A stretch of DNA of 64,000 nt from a bacterium (lineage in GTDB: Bacteria > Patescibacteriota > Minisyncoccia > Phycocordibacterales > UBA5272): positions 68,652-132,651 of the forward strand of contig JAIXVU010000008.1 in NCBI GenBank assembly GCA_027482685.1, given 5' to 3'. Under the pieces are notes generated by a model that did not search any database, was not told the origin of the DNA, and worked only from the letters and a program-made list of their open reading frames with translations. The translations under genes and the position numbers were made by a program. Of the stretch, positions 17,856 to 28,024 are shown in pieces (positions within the stretch are counted from its first letter, which is position 1; each line of letters begins with the position of its first letter).

Positions 17856-20800
17856 TTATAGAGACGTCTCACCTAGTAATTGTTCTGTGTATCCCTCTGG
17901 CTTAACAGGGTCTACATCAAGCGATAGTCCACGGAGTGTATTTAACATCACTGTAAACGACGCTGGTGTGTTAGGCTCTTGAACATCTTCACCTTTTATA
18001 ATGCTATCAAATGCAGCAGAGCGTCCTACGATGTCGTCTGACTTTACTGTTAGCATCTCACGTAAGATATGTGATGCGCCGTATCCTTCAAGCGCCCATA
18101 CTTCCATTTCCCCAAAGCGCTGACCTCCACCTTGAGCCTTTCCACCAAGTGGTTGCTGAGTGATAAGTGAGTATGGACCAATCGAACGCATGTGAATCTT
18201 ATCTTCAACCATGTGGTGAAGTTTCATAATATACATCACACCAACTGCAGTCTCTTGATTAAACGCTTCACCTGTTCGTCCATCATAGAGCTGAATAGTT
18301 CCTGATGCTGAATACCCTGCTTTTACAAGTTCTTCTTTTATTTCAGCATCACTTGCTCCTTGGAATGATGGAACAATAGCTTGATATCCAAGAGAATCTG
18401 CTGCAAGACCGAGGTGCATCTCGAGAATCTGTCCAAGGTTCATACGTGATGGCACACCAAGCGGTGTAAGAATGATATCTATAGGAGTCCCATCTGCTGC
18501 AAACGGCATTTCTTCTACTGGGAGGATTGTTGAGATAACACCTTTGTTACCGTGACGGCCTGCAAGCTTATCTCCAACTGAGATGTTACGCACTTGCGCA
18601 ACTTCAATATGAATACGCTTGATGATACCACTTTCAAGGTGATCCCCTCGTTCACGAGAAAATACTTTTACTCCGATGATACGTCCACGCTTACCATGAT
18701 CAAGACGAAGTGATGAGTCCTTCACATCACGCACCTTCTCACCGAAGATTGAACGAAGAAGTCTCTCTTCTGGGGTAAGTTCTGTCTCACCCTTTGGTGT
18801 AATCTTACCTACGAGAATATCTCCTGGGCGAACTTCTGCTCCGATACGGATAATACCGTCCTCATCTAAGTTCTTAAGCTTATTCTCTCCAACGTTTGGA
18901 ATATCATGTGTTGTGACTTCTGCTCCTAACTTCGTATCACGTACATTACATACGAACTCTTCGATGTGAATAGATGAAAACTTACTTTCCTTAACGAGTC
19001 TCTCTGAGAGAATGATCGCATCTTCGTAGTTCGCACCATTCCATGACATGAATGCCACACGAATGTTATGCCCAAGTGCAATCTGTCCATTATCTGATGT
19101 TGCAGCGTCCGCTAGTACTTGGCCTTTCTTTACTTTATCACCAAGTGACACAATAGGTCTCTGGTGGAAAAGGTTAAAGGCGTTTGTTCGAGCAAAGTTA
19201 ATGAGTGGGTACTCATATTCTTTTTTATCAGCCTTAAGTACTATCTTCTTAGCATCGACATACTTAATCTCTCCTGCTTCATCAGCTATAACAAGACGTC
19301 CAATATGCTTTGCAGCAACCCCTTCCATACCTGTAGCTACAAGAGGCGCTTCTGGGCACATAAGTGGAACTGCTTGCTTTTGCATGTTTGAACCCATGAG
19401 TGCACGTGATGCGTCATCGTGCTCGAGGAATGGAATCATAGAGGTTGCAACAGAGAATGCTTGGTTAGTTGCTACGTCGATGAACTCGACTTCACTCTTA
19501 GGTGCAAGTCCTGGCTGACCAACACGACGGATCTCAATTTCATCCCCTAGTAGATTTCCTTTCTCGTCATACTTATTCCCAGCATGCGCGATAATGTGAC
19601 GCTCTTCTTCAAGTGCGTTCATGTATACTATCTCTTTTGTAATCTTTCCGTCCTTTACTTTTACATATGGAGTCTCGATGATACCGAAATCATTGATACG
19701 CGCATAGTTAGAAAGACGAAGGATAAGACCGATGTTCGGACCTTCTGGGGTGTGGATAGGACATACACGACCATAGTGTGATGTGTGCACGTCACGAACT
19801 TCAAATCCAGCACGCTCACGTGTAAGACCTCCAGGACCAAGGGCAGAGAGAGTACGAAGGTGTTCAACTTCAGCGAGCAAGTTCTCTTGGTTCATGAACT
19901 GTGAGAGCTGGTTAGTAGTAAAGAACTCTTTGATACGAGCCTGTAGTGGACGCTGGTTGATGATAGCAATAGGAAGCGTGGTATCTGTATCAATAACAGA
20001 CATCTTGTCTTGGATGTTACGCTTCATCTGCATCATACCTGTACGAATCTTCTGTGCCATCATTTCACCTACATAACGAACGCGACGTGATCCAAGGTGG
20101 TCAATATCATCCTCTTCTGCGTTAGGATCATTGTTTAGTTCAACAATGTGTTTAATGATATCCACCATATCTTCCTTAGATAGTGTTCGGCGTTGTGCTT
20201 CTTTATCTTTAGGGTCAATAGACTTACCAAAACGCTTGTTGAAACGAAAACGCCCAACAGGAGAAAGGTCATAACGCTCAGGAGACACGATAGAGTCAAT
20301 GTATTCCTTTGCGTTTTCTGGAGTAGCGAGATCACCATCACGAAGTCTCTTGTAGATCTCTATATATGCATCATGAAGTGTCTTTACTTCATCACGCTCA
20401 ACTAAAGCAGAAATAATTGGTGAAGCTACTTCATGATCATTAAACGCTGCTTTTATTTGTTCATCAGTAGTGAATCCAAGCACGCGAAGAAGTGCAACGA
20501 CAGAGAACTTACGCTTCTTGTCGATACGAACATATACTCCACCGTCAGCTTCTGTCCCAAGTTCAATCCATACACCACGAGATGGAATGATTTTTGCACC
20601 GAAGTATCTTTTTCCTTTTGATTCTTCTGAGTCAAAGAATACACCGAATGATCGAGCAAGTTGTGGTACAACTACACGCTCAACACCGTTAATGATGAAT
20701 GTTCCATGAATAGTCATCAGTGGAAAATCCGCCATGAATATTTCCTGCTCTTTTGTAGTATTTAATATTTTGTTGGTGAGCTTCACACGAGCACGTAGTG

Positions 20801-21074
20801 GTGCCTCATAGGTAAGCTTGTTCTCCTTTGCGTACACTTCATCGTACTTTGGAGCTGAGAGTTCAAAAGAGATGAACTCGAGATCGAATTTCTTCTCAGA
20901 GTAATCACGAAGTGGTGAGAACTCACGGAAAATTTCTACTATGCCTTTTTCTGTAAGGTCCTTGTATGAAAGAATCTGGTTTTCAACTAAGTTAGGAATA
21001 TCAGTCAGTGGTGTACTGTACTTTGCAAACGTTTTTTGTGGGCGAGCACCGGCGGTTAGATATGTTTTTGGCAT
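17856..21074 (-). CDS. rpoB: DNA-directed RNA polymerase subunit beta. Start taken as MPKTY (ATG at 21074); the ORF extends to a GTG at 21092.
   Basis: About 1072 aa. N-terminus ...IPNLVENQILSY. Conserved beta-subunit blocks throughout. rpoB-rpoC order. Confidence 0.97.
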   Translation of the reverse strand: MPKTYLTAGARPQKTFAKYSTPLTDIPNLVENQILSYKDLTEKGIVEIFREFSPLRDYSEKKFDLEFISFELSAPKYDEVYAKENKLTYEAPLRARVKLTNKILNTTKEQEIFMADFPLMTIHGTFIINGVERVVVPQLARSFGVFFDSEESKGKRYFGAKIIPSRGVWIELGTEADGGVYVRIDKKRKFSVVALLRVLGFTTDEQIKAAFNDHEVASPIISALVERDEVKTLHDAYIEIYKRLRDGDLATPENAKEYIDSIVSPERYDLSPVGRFRFNKRFGKSIDPKDKEAQRRTLSKEDMVDIIKHIVELNNDPNAEEDDIDHLGSRRVRYVGEMMAQKIRTGMMQMKRNIQDKMSVIDTDTTLPIAIINQRPLQARIKEFFTTNQLSQFMNQENLLAEVEHLRTLSALGPGGLTRERAGFEVRDVHTSHYGRVCPIHTPEGPNIGLILRLSNYARINDFGIIETPYVKVKDGKITKEIVYMNALEEERHIIAHAGNKYDEKGNLLGDEIEIRRVGQPGLAPKSEVEFIDVATNQAFSVATSMIPFLEHDDASRALMGSNMQKQAVPLMCPEAPLVATGMEGVAAKHIGRLVIADEAGEIKYVDAKKIVLKADKKEYEYPLINFARTNAFNLFHQRPIVSLGDKVKKGQVLADAATSDNGQIALGHNIRVAFMSWNGANYEDAIILSERLVKESKFSSIHIEEFVCNVRDTKLGAEVTTHDIPNVGENKLKNLDEDGIIRIGAEVRPGDILVGKITPKGETELTPEERLLRSIFGEKVRDVKDSSLRLDHGKRGRIIGVKVFSRERGDHLESGIIKRIHIEVAQVRNISVGDKLAGRHGNKGVISTILPVEEMPFAADGTPIDIILTPLGVPSRMNLGQILEMHLGLAADSLGYQAIVPSFQGASDAEIKEELVKAGYSASGTIQLYDGRTGEAFNQETAVGVMYIMKLHHMVEDKIHMRSIGPYSLITQQPLGGKAQGGGQRFGEMEVWALEGYGASHILREMLTVKSDDIVGRSAAFDSIIKGEDVQEPNTPASFTVMLNTLRGLSLDVDPVKPEGYTEQLLGETSL

Positions 21075-21336
21075 AAAGACAGATGTTGCCACACGGCTCT
21101 CTATATCCGTGTGACGTTACGTTACAATAAACTTTTATAAAAATTTTCTCTCATTCCCCAGTTGGTTCGAATAACCCAAAGTATTCGATACGTATGCAAA
21201 CCTTTCTCTCTATTTTTCGTAACTTAATCGTGGGTCAATAGTTGGATTATAATACCAGTAAATGAAGAAAATAGCAAATTCTATTAAAGACAATTATTAT
21301 TTTAATACGATAATATTTTATATGGGGTTTTGTAGG

Positions 21337-21526
21337 ACGATACGACAGATCTTTCGTATTAAATTTTTAAGTTTTTTCTTTTTAACCCCGCCCTTTCAAA
21401 GCACGGTACTTTTTTGCTAAAAAGTACCTCTGTTCCGCGCCGTCGCGCTTCCACGCGGCTTTAAAATGGCGGGGTTGGGTGTGGTGGATACAAAAGAGAA
21501 AGCCCGCCGAAGCGGGCTTTCTCTTA
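21337..21526 (-). ncRNA. conserved ~185-nt structured element, copy 1, upstream of rpoB. It begins with a bidirectional terminator palindrome. Its paralog is at 29929-30114.
   Basis: About 90% identical to the second copy. Three helices show compensatory changes between copies. A G-U wobble is tolerated only on the minus-strand transcript. Confidence 0.5.
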
Positions 21527-21531
21527 TCAAG

Positions 21532-22218
21532 CTAATCAATTTTATATATTGCAGTACGAATCTTTGCGTTTTCCTTACCCTCTCTATTCTCTGGTTTAAA
21601 TATGGAAGCAGTAATTGTTTTAGTGCCTTCATCAAAAGTGAAATCATAAGTGCTTCCAAATCCTCCGAGCTTGACGTATGTTTCTGTTCTTGGGTTAAGC
21701 TCTGACTTTGTAATTGTAACTATATCAGTTGAGCCTTTTTTATAATAAAGTATAAGAGTGTCATATACGACTACAATATAATTATCTGTTTCAACAAAAT
21801 TACCAAATAAAGTCATTCCAAGAGGGTTTTTGTCTAGCCGGTTAAGAGTGTTTACATCATATATACTTATATCAAGCCCAGCCTTGCCATTTAAGACAGC
21901 AAATGCGACAGTTTTATCGTCTCTATATTTTATTAGAATTGTTGACTTTGCTTGTGATGCATTATTATTATAGCTTTCAAGTATTGGTGTGTATACATCC
22001 GAATACTTTTCCGTATATCGATCAATGACTGCTTTATCTGCTACTGAAAGTTTATCGTATGGATACTCTTGAGTGGGTTGAACCGGAGCAGTAGTAGTGG
22101 TAGTAGCTGACTGAGTAGTATCATCCGTTATAATCGTCGTTTCTTTACTTTGGTAGAAAAAGGCTGCCAAACCAAAAAGTACAAACAAAATGATTATAAT
22201 TATATACGTTTTTTTCAT
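21532..22218 (-). CDS. hypothetical membrane-anchored/secreted protein (228 aa)
   Basis: N-terminal TM helix IIIIILFVLFGLAAFFY, then a Thr-rich linker. Confidence 0.5.
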   Translation of the reverse strand: MKKTYIIIIILFVLFGLAAFFYQSKETTIITDDTTQSATTTTTAPVQPTQEYPYDKLSVADKAVIDRYTEKYSDVYTPILESYNNNASQAKSTILIKYRDDKTVAFAVLNGKAGLDISIYDVNTLNRLDKNPLGMTLFGNFVETDNYIVVVYDTLILYYKKGSTDIVTITKSELNPRTETYVKLGGFGSTYDFTFDEGTKTITASIFKPENREGKENAKIRTAIYKID

Positions 22219-22284
22219 AAGAGCTTGATTATAACATAAAAAACCGAACTTTTTAGAGTTCGGTTAAAGACACTTGAAAACTGA

Positions 22285-24114
22285 TTAGAAACGACAACCA
22301 CTCAACCACAGACAAAAGCTGGGAGTGCCGTTGATATTTGCAAGGTAATCGAGAACTCCCGTTGCGCCGTTGTACCCATAAGGGTCAACAGTCGCATAGC
22401 TGTTTGGCTGATAATCATTGCTGTAACCACTTCGCAGCTTAAGAGTTTCGAAATGAAGATGTTGACCAACAGGCTTAGTTGGTGGAGATATATTTCCTGA
22501 CAAACCAATTTGTTGACCATCGACAACAGCTTGACCTGGGACAACGTCAATTCTGCTTAAGTGAAGATACTGACTGATAAACCCATTTCCGTGGTCGATA
22601 CCAATTGCTCCCCACGCAGCACATCCCTCGCTAATACCTTTCGGCACACAACCGCCGTTCTGATTGACAACCACACCACTTGCCGCCGCTCTCACTACAG
22701 TTCCAGTAATCGCGCTATAGTCATAGCCAGGATGAGCGTCATAGTTCAAGGCTGTGCCTGAGGTGCAGTTTTTAACACCGGTTCCCGATGTTCCCACATA
22801 AAGACTTGCCAAGAAACCTGACCATGACCCTGACTTTATCGGGTAACACGGAGAAGCTGCAGACATGGGGTAAGCCGGAGTTGCCTCAAACTCTTCGCCT
22901 GTGAAAGAAACAATTTTCCCTTCCTTTGAATAAAGGGTGGACATATAGTGATCAAGAATCGAAGTTATTCTTTGAGGTGTATAGGCCCCGAGAGGATAGT
23001 TGGCAGTTTGGATAGGGAACCGCATGATCATCCCCATCGTGTTGTCAATGAACTTTACGTCGTCGATCTTGAAAGATACTGCTTCACTTGAAGTGATAAT
23101 GAAACCACCCATATCAGCTGTACTACCACCCAAAATGGCGCTGAGCGGAATCATGGCCCGATACCATTTGCCGGGTGTTGCAGTCGTTGCAGAGGGTACG
23201 ATGTAATTTTCGAGATTTACAACTGAACCAACGACAGTATTGGTGTGATCAACCAGTTGACCATTTAGCCTCTGAGTTGAGGTGGTCTTTTGGAAATTAA
23301 CCGCTACGTGCGTATAGCTTGCTGAAGGCATCGTCCACCCTGCATAGATCTCATGAACCTGAATACCTCCGTATGCACTTGTTGGAGTGAAATCGATCCA
23401 GTAATTATCTGGTGTACCACCGATTGTTGGCGTAGGCCCACCCCAGGAAAACAAATAAGTTCCTGGACCTTTGGTACCAGCAACACCTTCAAACAGAGTC
23501 GTGTTGATATCGAACCGAAGTTCATCAACAAAGATTGTTGCCGACCCTGTCGGATCTTCAATTGCCACCCATTTTATCTGCGGATTTGGCCCCAAATTCA
23601 AGTGAGAAATCGGAATACGAAACCATGTCCACTTTCCAGTTGGGATAGTATTGGTTTCGCTGTAGCTTGTCAAAAGCAGATCAGTTCCTGAGCCGGCGGA
23701 TGTGCCTGCAATGAAGTGGAGCGAACTGCCGCCACTCACGTTGTAAATGGCGAGATTAAGCTCCTTGTAGCCGACGGTACTGAAATATCCGCTTCCACCC
23801 ACAACTCCTGGGGAAAATGCTCCCCAGGGAGCGTTGAACACAATCTTCGCAGCCTTCTGCCCTTTGAATAGGGTTGGGGGTGTTTCGAGTGTTGGTGTTG
23901 CAATACCCCAAGACCAGCTGTTCCAACCGAAGCCAAGCGAAGTGACTGGTGGGTACACGGTGTTGTCCGTGGTTAAGTTTTCGTCGAACATCGCTGACGA
24001 GACTTGGGCGTTCACACCCAAAGAAGCGACAAGCGCAAAGAGCGCTGCCAGCAATCTGATTAGTTTATTCACAGCAAACCTTTCGTAGTTGAGAAAGAAC
24101 ATCAACTTACGCAA
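22285..24114 (-). CDS. large secreted protein with a C-terminal M23 (LytM-type) peptidase domain
   Basis: Signal peptide LLAALFALVASLGVNAQ. M23 motifs HPGYDY...HGNGFISQYLHL...GQHLHFE. GC is elevated (about 50%). Confidence 0.75.
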   Translation of the reverse strand: MRKLMFFLNYERFAVNKLIRLLAALFALVASLGVNAQVSSAMFDENLTTDNTVYPPVTSLGFGWNSWSWGIATPTLETPPTLFKGQKAAKIVFNAPWGAFSPGVVGGSGYFSTVGYKELNLAIYNVSGGSSLHFIAGTSAGSGTDLLLTSYSETNTIPTGKWTWFRIPISHLNLGPNPQIKWVAIEDPTGSATIFVDELRFDINTTLFEGVAGTKGPGTYLFSWGGPTPTIGGTPDNYWIDFTPTSAYGGIQVHEIYAGWTMPSASYTHVAVNFQKTTSTQRLNGQLVDHTNTVVGSVVNLENYIVPSATTATPGKWYRAMIPLSAILGGSTADMGGFIITSSEAVSFKIDDVKFIDNTMGMIMRFPIQTANYPLGAYTPQRITSILDHYMSTLYSKEGKIVSFTGEEFEATPAYPMSAASPCYPIKSGSWSGFLASLYVGTSGTGVKNCTSGTALNYDAHPGYDYSAITGTVVRAAASGVVVNQNGGCVPKGISEGCAAWGAIGIDHGNGFISQYLHLSRIDVVPGQAVVDGQQIGLSGNISPPTKPVGQHLHFETLKLRSGYSNDYQPNSYATVDPYGYNGATGVLDYLANINGTPSFCLWLSGCRF

Positions 24115-24239
24115 AATTACGTAAGTTATCTCAGCATAGCATTTAATTTACAACTATTGTTGTTCATAGTAGAAAATAAGTGATTCACCAGCTTATATCC
24201 CCTCCTCAGTATAAACAATTCACTATATACTAAAAAGTA

Positions 24240-24836
24240 ATGAAAATACTTATAGTAACAGGACATCCGAGAAAAGAAAATCATACAGAACGGATTGCTA
24301 CAACATATAGAAATGAAGTTGAACGACTGGGACATACGGCGAATGTAATCAATGTCTACGATACAAAATACGAACTACCTTACATGAATTTTGAAAAAGA
24401 TTCGTTAAGTGAAGATGACCAGAAGAAAATTAAGAAGATGCAAGAGATGATCACGTGGGCAGACGAGCTTGTGTTCGTACATCCTATTTGGTGGGCGTCA
24501 ATGCCAGCTGGAATGAAAAACTGGGTAGATGCAATGTTTGCACCCCACTTTGCATACAAGTATAACGAGAAAGGAAAAGCAGAGCCCTTACTAATAGGTA
24601 AAATTGCAAAGGTGTTCTGTACAGCTGGATCATATGCATTTTATTATCGTATTCCTTGTATTAGATTCTTTACGCCCATCAATCTTATCTGGCGATATGC
24701 AATACTTGGATTTGCAGGCATTGAACTAGTTGATATCAAGATATGCGATAGAATGAATGTAAATAATGGTCTTCCGCCTAAAGGACGCTTTGAATCTTTT
24801 CTGAAAACTATCAAAAAATCAGCTGCACATCACTAG
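24240..24836 (+). CDS. flavodoxin-fold NAD(P)H-dependent oxidoreductase (NAD(P)H dehydrogenase (quinone)/YwrO-like)
   Basis: MKILIVTGHPRKEN...ADELVFVHPIWWASMPAGMKNWVDAMF, typical of the Flavodoxin_2 family. Confidence 0.7.
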   Translation: MKILIVTGHPRKENHTERIATTYRNEVERLGHTANVINVYDTKYELPYMNFEKDSLSEDDQKKIKKMQEMITWADELVFVHPIWWASMPAGMKNWVDAMFAPHFAYKYNEKGKAEPLLIGKIAKVFCTAGSYAFYYRIPCIRFFTPINLIWRYAILGFAGIELVDIKICDRMNVNNGLPPKGRFESFLKTIKKSAAHH

Positions 24837-24884
24837 ACTAGGTGTTAAATAGTTAGGAACTAGGGACTAGAAAATACAAAAGAA

Positions 24885-24915
24885 AAAGCGCGACCGTTGG
24901 TCGCGCTTCAGAGAT
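24885..24915. terminator. terminator hairpin AAGCGCGACC-gttg-GTCGCGCTT
   Basis: A perfect 10-bp stem preceded by AAAA on the plus strand. Confidence 0.55.
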
Positions 24916-25180
24916 GTACCACCGTCCCATCGCACAAGCGATGATCGAGTGAATCATGCTCAAGATGGTGAGTATCGTAGTTTTCAAAAAGTGGATGCTC
25001 ACGATACGCACACCCGCACAGGTGGCAAACCCTTCCACCACTTGCACGTCGCCACGTAGGGTCATCATCTTGATGAAGTGGTTGAAATGGTCGCTGACTG
25101 GACTCACGAAAGAGTAATCGGGTTAAACGACTCATCCCATGAGGTCGTCCCATACTCACATCTTCTAGATCATCATTCAT
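24908..25180 (-). CDS. hypothetical small Cys/His-rich protein (90 aa)
   Basis: CHLCGC...HHLEHDSLDHRLC. Overlaps the upstream ORF by 8 nt. GC is elevated. Confidence 0.3.
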   Translation of the reverse strand: MNDDLEDVSMGRPHGMSRLTRLLFRESSQRPFQPLHQDDDPTWRRASGGRVCHLCGCAYREHPLFENYDTHHLEHDSLDHRLCDGTVVHL

Positions 25181-25466
25181 TTGACAACCCTTTCAGTATT
25201 TGTATAAGTTGTTTTTGTCTCTCTGTATCTATCGTAAGAGATGTGATACTTTTGTGCGCGGATCTTCGCACCTCTTCATCTGGTGACATAAGATCCTGTG
25301 CGTAGCTTTCGTATAGACTACGCTGGATGATTTTCGCATTTTCGGTAATAGCAAACCCAGCGAGCACAACAGATCTCACGCCTGAAAGTTCGTGCTCAAA
25401 GACAATGGCAACATGAGTCCCCTCTGGGCATTCTGGAGGGAAATCGTTGTAGATAACTTTATACAT
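25173..25466 (-). CDS. hypothetical protein (97 aa)
   Basis: An ORF, translationally coupled to 24908-25180. Confidence 0.35.
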   Translation of the reverse strand: MYKVIYNDFPPECPEGTHVAIVFEHELSGVRSVVLAGFAITENAKIIQRSLYESYAQDLMSPDEEVRRSAHKSITSLTIDTERQKQLIQILKGLSNE

Positions 25467-25528
25467 TAGAAAACCTCCTGTATATCTAGCTACAGCAGAA
25501 CACCTCTCTTTAGACTACCATATCTATA

Positions 25529-26149
25529 TCATTTGAGATATTTTAGAATATTCTTAACATCTTCAAAGAGCACTTGCCTCATACTTCCATTATAGAGCGC
25601 AACCGCTGGATGATAGAGCGGAAGTAGTGTCGCCTCCCCCCATTCAAACATTCCCTTATATACCTGACCGTGCATTTGGCCAATTGGTTGCAATTCATTT
25701 GCAACACCACCTTTTGTAAAGAGGTACTTCATACTAATACGCCCCAGCATCACAATTACCTTTGGTTGTATAATTGCCAGTTGTCTATCAAGAAATGGTG
25801 CGTAGAGCGCTATCTCATCATCTGTCGGATCACGATTTTCAGGCGGTCTGTCTTTCACGAGATTAGTAATATAGACCACCTCTCTGCTTAGATGAATAGA
25901 TGTGAGCATCTCATCAAGTAATGTACCTGACCTTCCACAGAATGGTCTACCACTCTTTGCCTCCTTCTCCCCCGGAGCTTCACCAACAAAAACAATTGAC
26001 GCATCAAGCGATCCTTCACCAAGTACAGGAATATAGTTATTAATCGTGCGGTACGAATAAAGCGGTGAATGTGTAAGAGCGACTATATCATCATGTAACT
26101 GTTGCATCGCAGTAATCTTTTTGTCACGAGTTTTCATGTATATAAGCAT
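25529..26149 (-). CDS. uracil-DNA glycosylase, family 4
   Basis: GEAPGEKEAKSGRPFCGRSGTLL and HPAVALYN, as in family-4 UDGs. Confidence 0.8.
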   Translation of the reverse strand: MLIYMKTRDKKITAMQQLHDDIVALTHSPLYSYRTINNYIPVLGEGSLDASIVFVGEAPGEKEAKSGRPFCGRSGTLLDEMLTSIHLSREVVYITNLVKDRPPENRDPTDDEIALYAPFLDRQLAIIQPKVIVMLGRISMKYLFTKGGVANELQPIGQMHGQVYKGMFEWGEATLLPLYHPAVALYNGSMRQVLFEDVKNILKYLK

Positions 26150-26238
26150 AGCAAAAAGTTATCAACACAGACCCTTTACAAAAGTAGTAATAATTAGTAA
26201 TATAATTATGTCCAACTACATATGAAAGGAGGTCGGAC

Positions 26239-26595
26239 ATGAAGCTCTTTCACGGCATCAAAACGTGGTCCGTCGCAATGGTCGCTGTGCTCTGCACGCC
26301 GGCCGCCTACGCCAGTTCCTGCAACGGCATCACCGACTACGTCGGCGCCATGTGGCAACGTGAGATGGGGCACTTGTCCTATCACGCAGACATGTTCGGA
26401 ACGATGATCCTGACCGGTGATTACCGACTGTTCTGGGTCATGCAAGTGTGCTCGACCAAGAGCATCCTGTCGACGCTGTTCTTCAGCGTTCCGGGCTGGA
26501 TTGTCCTCGGACTGATGATCGTCTTGGCTCCGCGAGGATGGCGTCTGCTCAAGCGACATTCGCAGCTCCTGCGGCCTCGTCTCGCACGAATCTGA
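26239..26595 (+). CDS. hypothetical small membrane/secreted protein in a third GC-rich islet (about 60% GC)
   Basis: AAGGAGG 7 nt upstream of the ATG. Signal-like N-terminus. Terminator GCTCAAC...GTTGAGC + TTTTTTT at 26636-26668. Confidence 0.5.
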   Translation: MKLFHGIKTWSVAMVAVLCTPAAYASSCNGITDYVGAMWQREMGHLSYHADMFGTMILTGDYRLFWVMQVCSTKSILSTLFFSVPGWIVLGLMIVLAPRGWRLLKRHSQLLRPRLARI

Positions 26596-26635
26596 GAACC
26601 TCCTCGACTGTTACAGTCCCCACCGTCACAGTCTT

Positions 26636-26668
26636 CCCGCTCAACCCCACAAGTTGAGCTTTTTTTAT
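26636..26668 (+). terminator. rho-independent terminator
   Basis: GCTCAAC-ccacaa-GTTGAGC followed by TTTTTTTATT. Confidence 0.7.
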
Positions 26669-26684
26669 TGTATACTTTTATCTA

Positions 26685-27008
26685 ATGGACATACCTAATA
26701 TTAAAAACTTTATACATTACAAGACAAGAAAAAAATATCTAGCTCTAGATGTAGAACACCCTCTTGCAAATGCAGAATATTATCAGAATGATGATGAATC
26801 CTTTTCAATAGGTTTGTATACAATTGACGGGCAAGATCTTTTCATTGCTTGGGGTCCAAAAGGTAACTGTACACACCATGCGTTACTATTTACAAATCCA
26901 CCTATTACTGGAGAAGGTTGTGTTGATTTTAGTATTTATGGAAACAAAATTCTTTTTCGTGAAGAAGATAAAGACTACACGTATATAATTCCGAAAGTTA
27001 CAAATTAG
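26685..27008 (+). CDS. hypothetical protein (107 aa)
   Basis: An ORF only. Confidence 0.4.
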   Translation: MDIPNIKNFIHYKTRKKYLALDVEHPLANAEYYQNDDESFSIGLYTIDGQDLFIAWGPKGNCTHHALLFTNPPITGEGCVDFSIYGNKILFREEDKDYTYIIPKVTN

Positions 27009-27014
27009 AAACTA

Positions 27015-27371
27015 CTACTTCATCTCACGCAACCAATTCTTCATATACATTATTTCGTTTGATTGAGATACGATGATGTCACTTGCGAGTTTCTTTAATT
27101 TCTCATCCTTGGTAATCTCAAGTAACTCTTTTGACATTGTTACAGCAGATTTATGGTGAAGGATCATCTCTTCTAAGAATTGTTTATCGCTTGTAATAGG
27201 TGGATGCTCATCATGCATTGAAAACATCGCATCACCCTTAGACATAGAGGAACTACTATGCATATACCCATCACGCCATGTGACTACACCAAATGTAACC
27301 ACAACACCTACTAAGATACCGAAAAGGAGTACAGCTCCTTGAGATTGCTTGGTCGCTACTTTATGTTTCAT
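27015..27371 (-). CDS. DUF305-family (ferritin-like) secreted protein
   Basis: FLEEMILHHKSAVTMSKELL...KLKKLASDIIVSQSNEIMYMKNWL matches the DUF305 HH...M...W pattern. N-terminal TM/signal. Confidence 0.6.
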   Translation of the reverse strand: MKHKVATKQSQGAVLLFGILVGVVVTFGVVTWRDGYMHSSSSMSKGDAMFSMHDEHPPITSDKQFLEEMILHHKSAVTMSKELLEITKDEKLKKLASDIIVSQSNEIMYMKNWLREMK

Positions 27372-27484
27372 ATCAAAAAGTGTACCACACACTCTAATAA
27401 AAACTACTCCACATATGTGGAGTAGTTTTTGTATATATTTTTTGACCTACAAGAAACTATCTAGCGACACGCACCTGTGGCGAC

Positions 27485-28024
27485 TTAGTTAGACTTGAGA
27501 TACGCGAGCATGGTATCAGCGTCTGATACTTCAAACGGGTCGTTTGGAACATTATCACCAAATCCTGGCTCTACGAAGAGTTTCTTGATAACCCCGTCTT
27601 CTACTACCATAGAGTATCTCCATGATCTGTCTCCGAAGCCTAGGTTTTCTTTCTTAACAAGCATACCCATACCTTTTGTAAACTCGCCATTTCCGTCTGG
27701 AAGAAAATGAACTTTTTCAAGTCCTAGATTCTTCTTCCACTGGAACATAACGAATGCATCGTTAACTGAGAGACATATAACTTCATCTACTCCGAGTGCT
27801 TTTATCTCGTCATACTTTGCTTCATACCCTGGGGCATGTGTTGATGAACATGTTGGAGTAAAGGCTCCAGGAAGAGAAAATACTACGACTTTCTTTCCTT
27901 TGAAAATCTCATCTGTGGTAACATCTTGCCATCGGAATGGATTACCCCCTCCGATAGATTCATCACGCACGCGAGTCTTAAACGTAATCTGTGGAACTGA
28001 TGCTCCTTCTGTTAGTTGTGACAT
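27485..28024 (-). CDS. peroxiredoxin, Prx5-like subfamily
   Basis: [24 protein letters not shown] (peroxidatic Cys in a FTPTCS context). DAFVMFQW. Confidence 0.85.
   Translation of the reverse strand: MSQLTEGASVPQITFKTRVRDESIGGGNPFRWQDVTTDEIFKGKKVVVFSLPGAFTPTCSSTHAPGYEAKYDEIKALGVDEVICLSVNDAFVMFQWKKNLGLEKVHFLPDGNGEFTKGMGMLVKKENLGFGDRSWRYSMVVEDGVIKKLFVEPGFGDNVPNDPFEVSDADTMLAYLKSN

Noticed and set aside
21337-21526. Interpretation of the 185-nt repeat as a MITE or transposon remnant
   Set aside because: There are no terminal inverted repeats or target-site duplications. The copy-to-copy differences are compensatory within helices, which fits a functional RNA better than a decaying mobile element. 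A mobile origin is not excluded.
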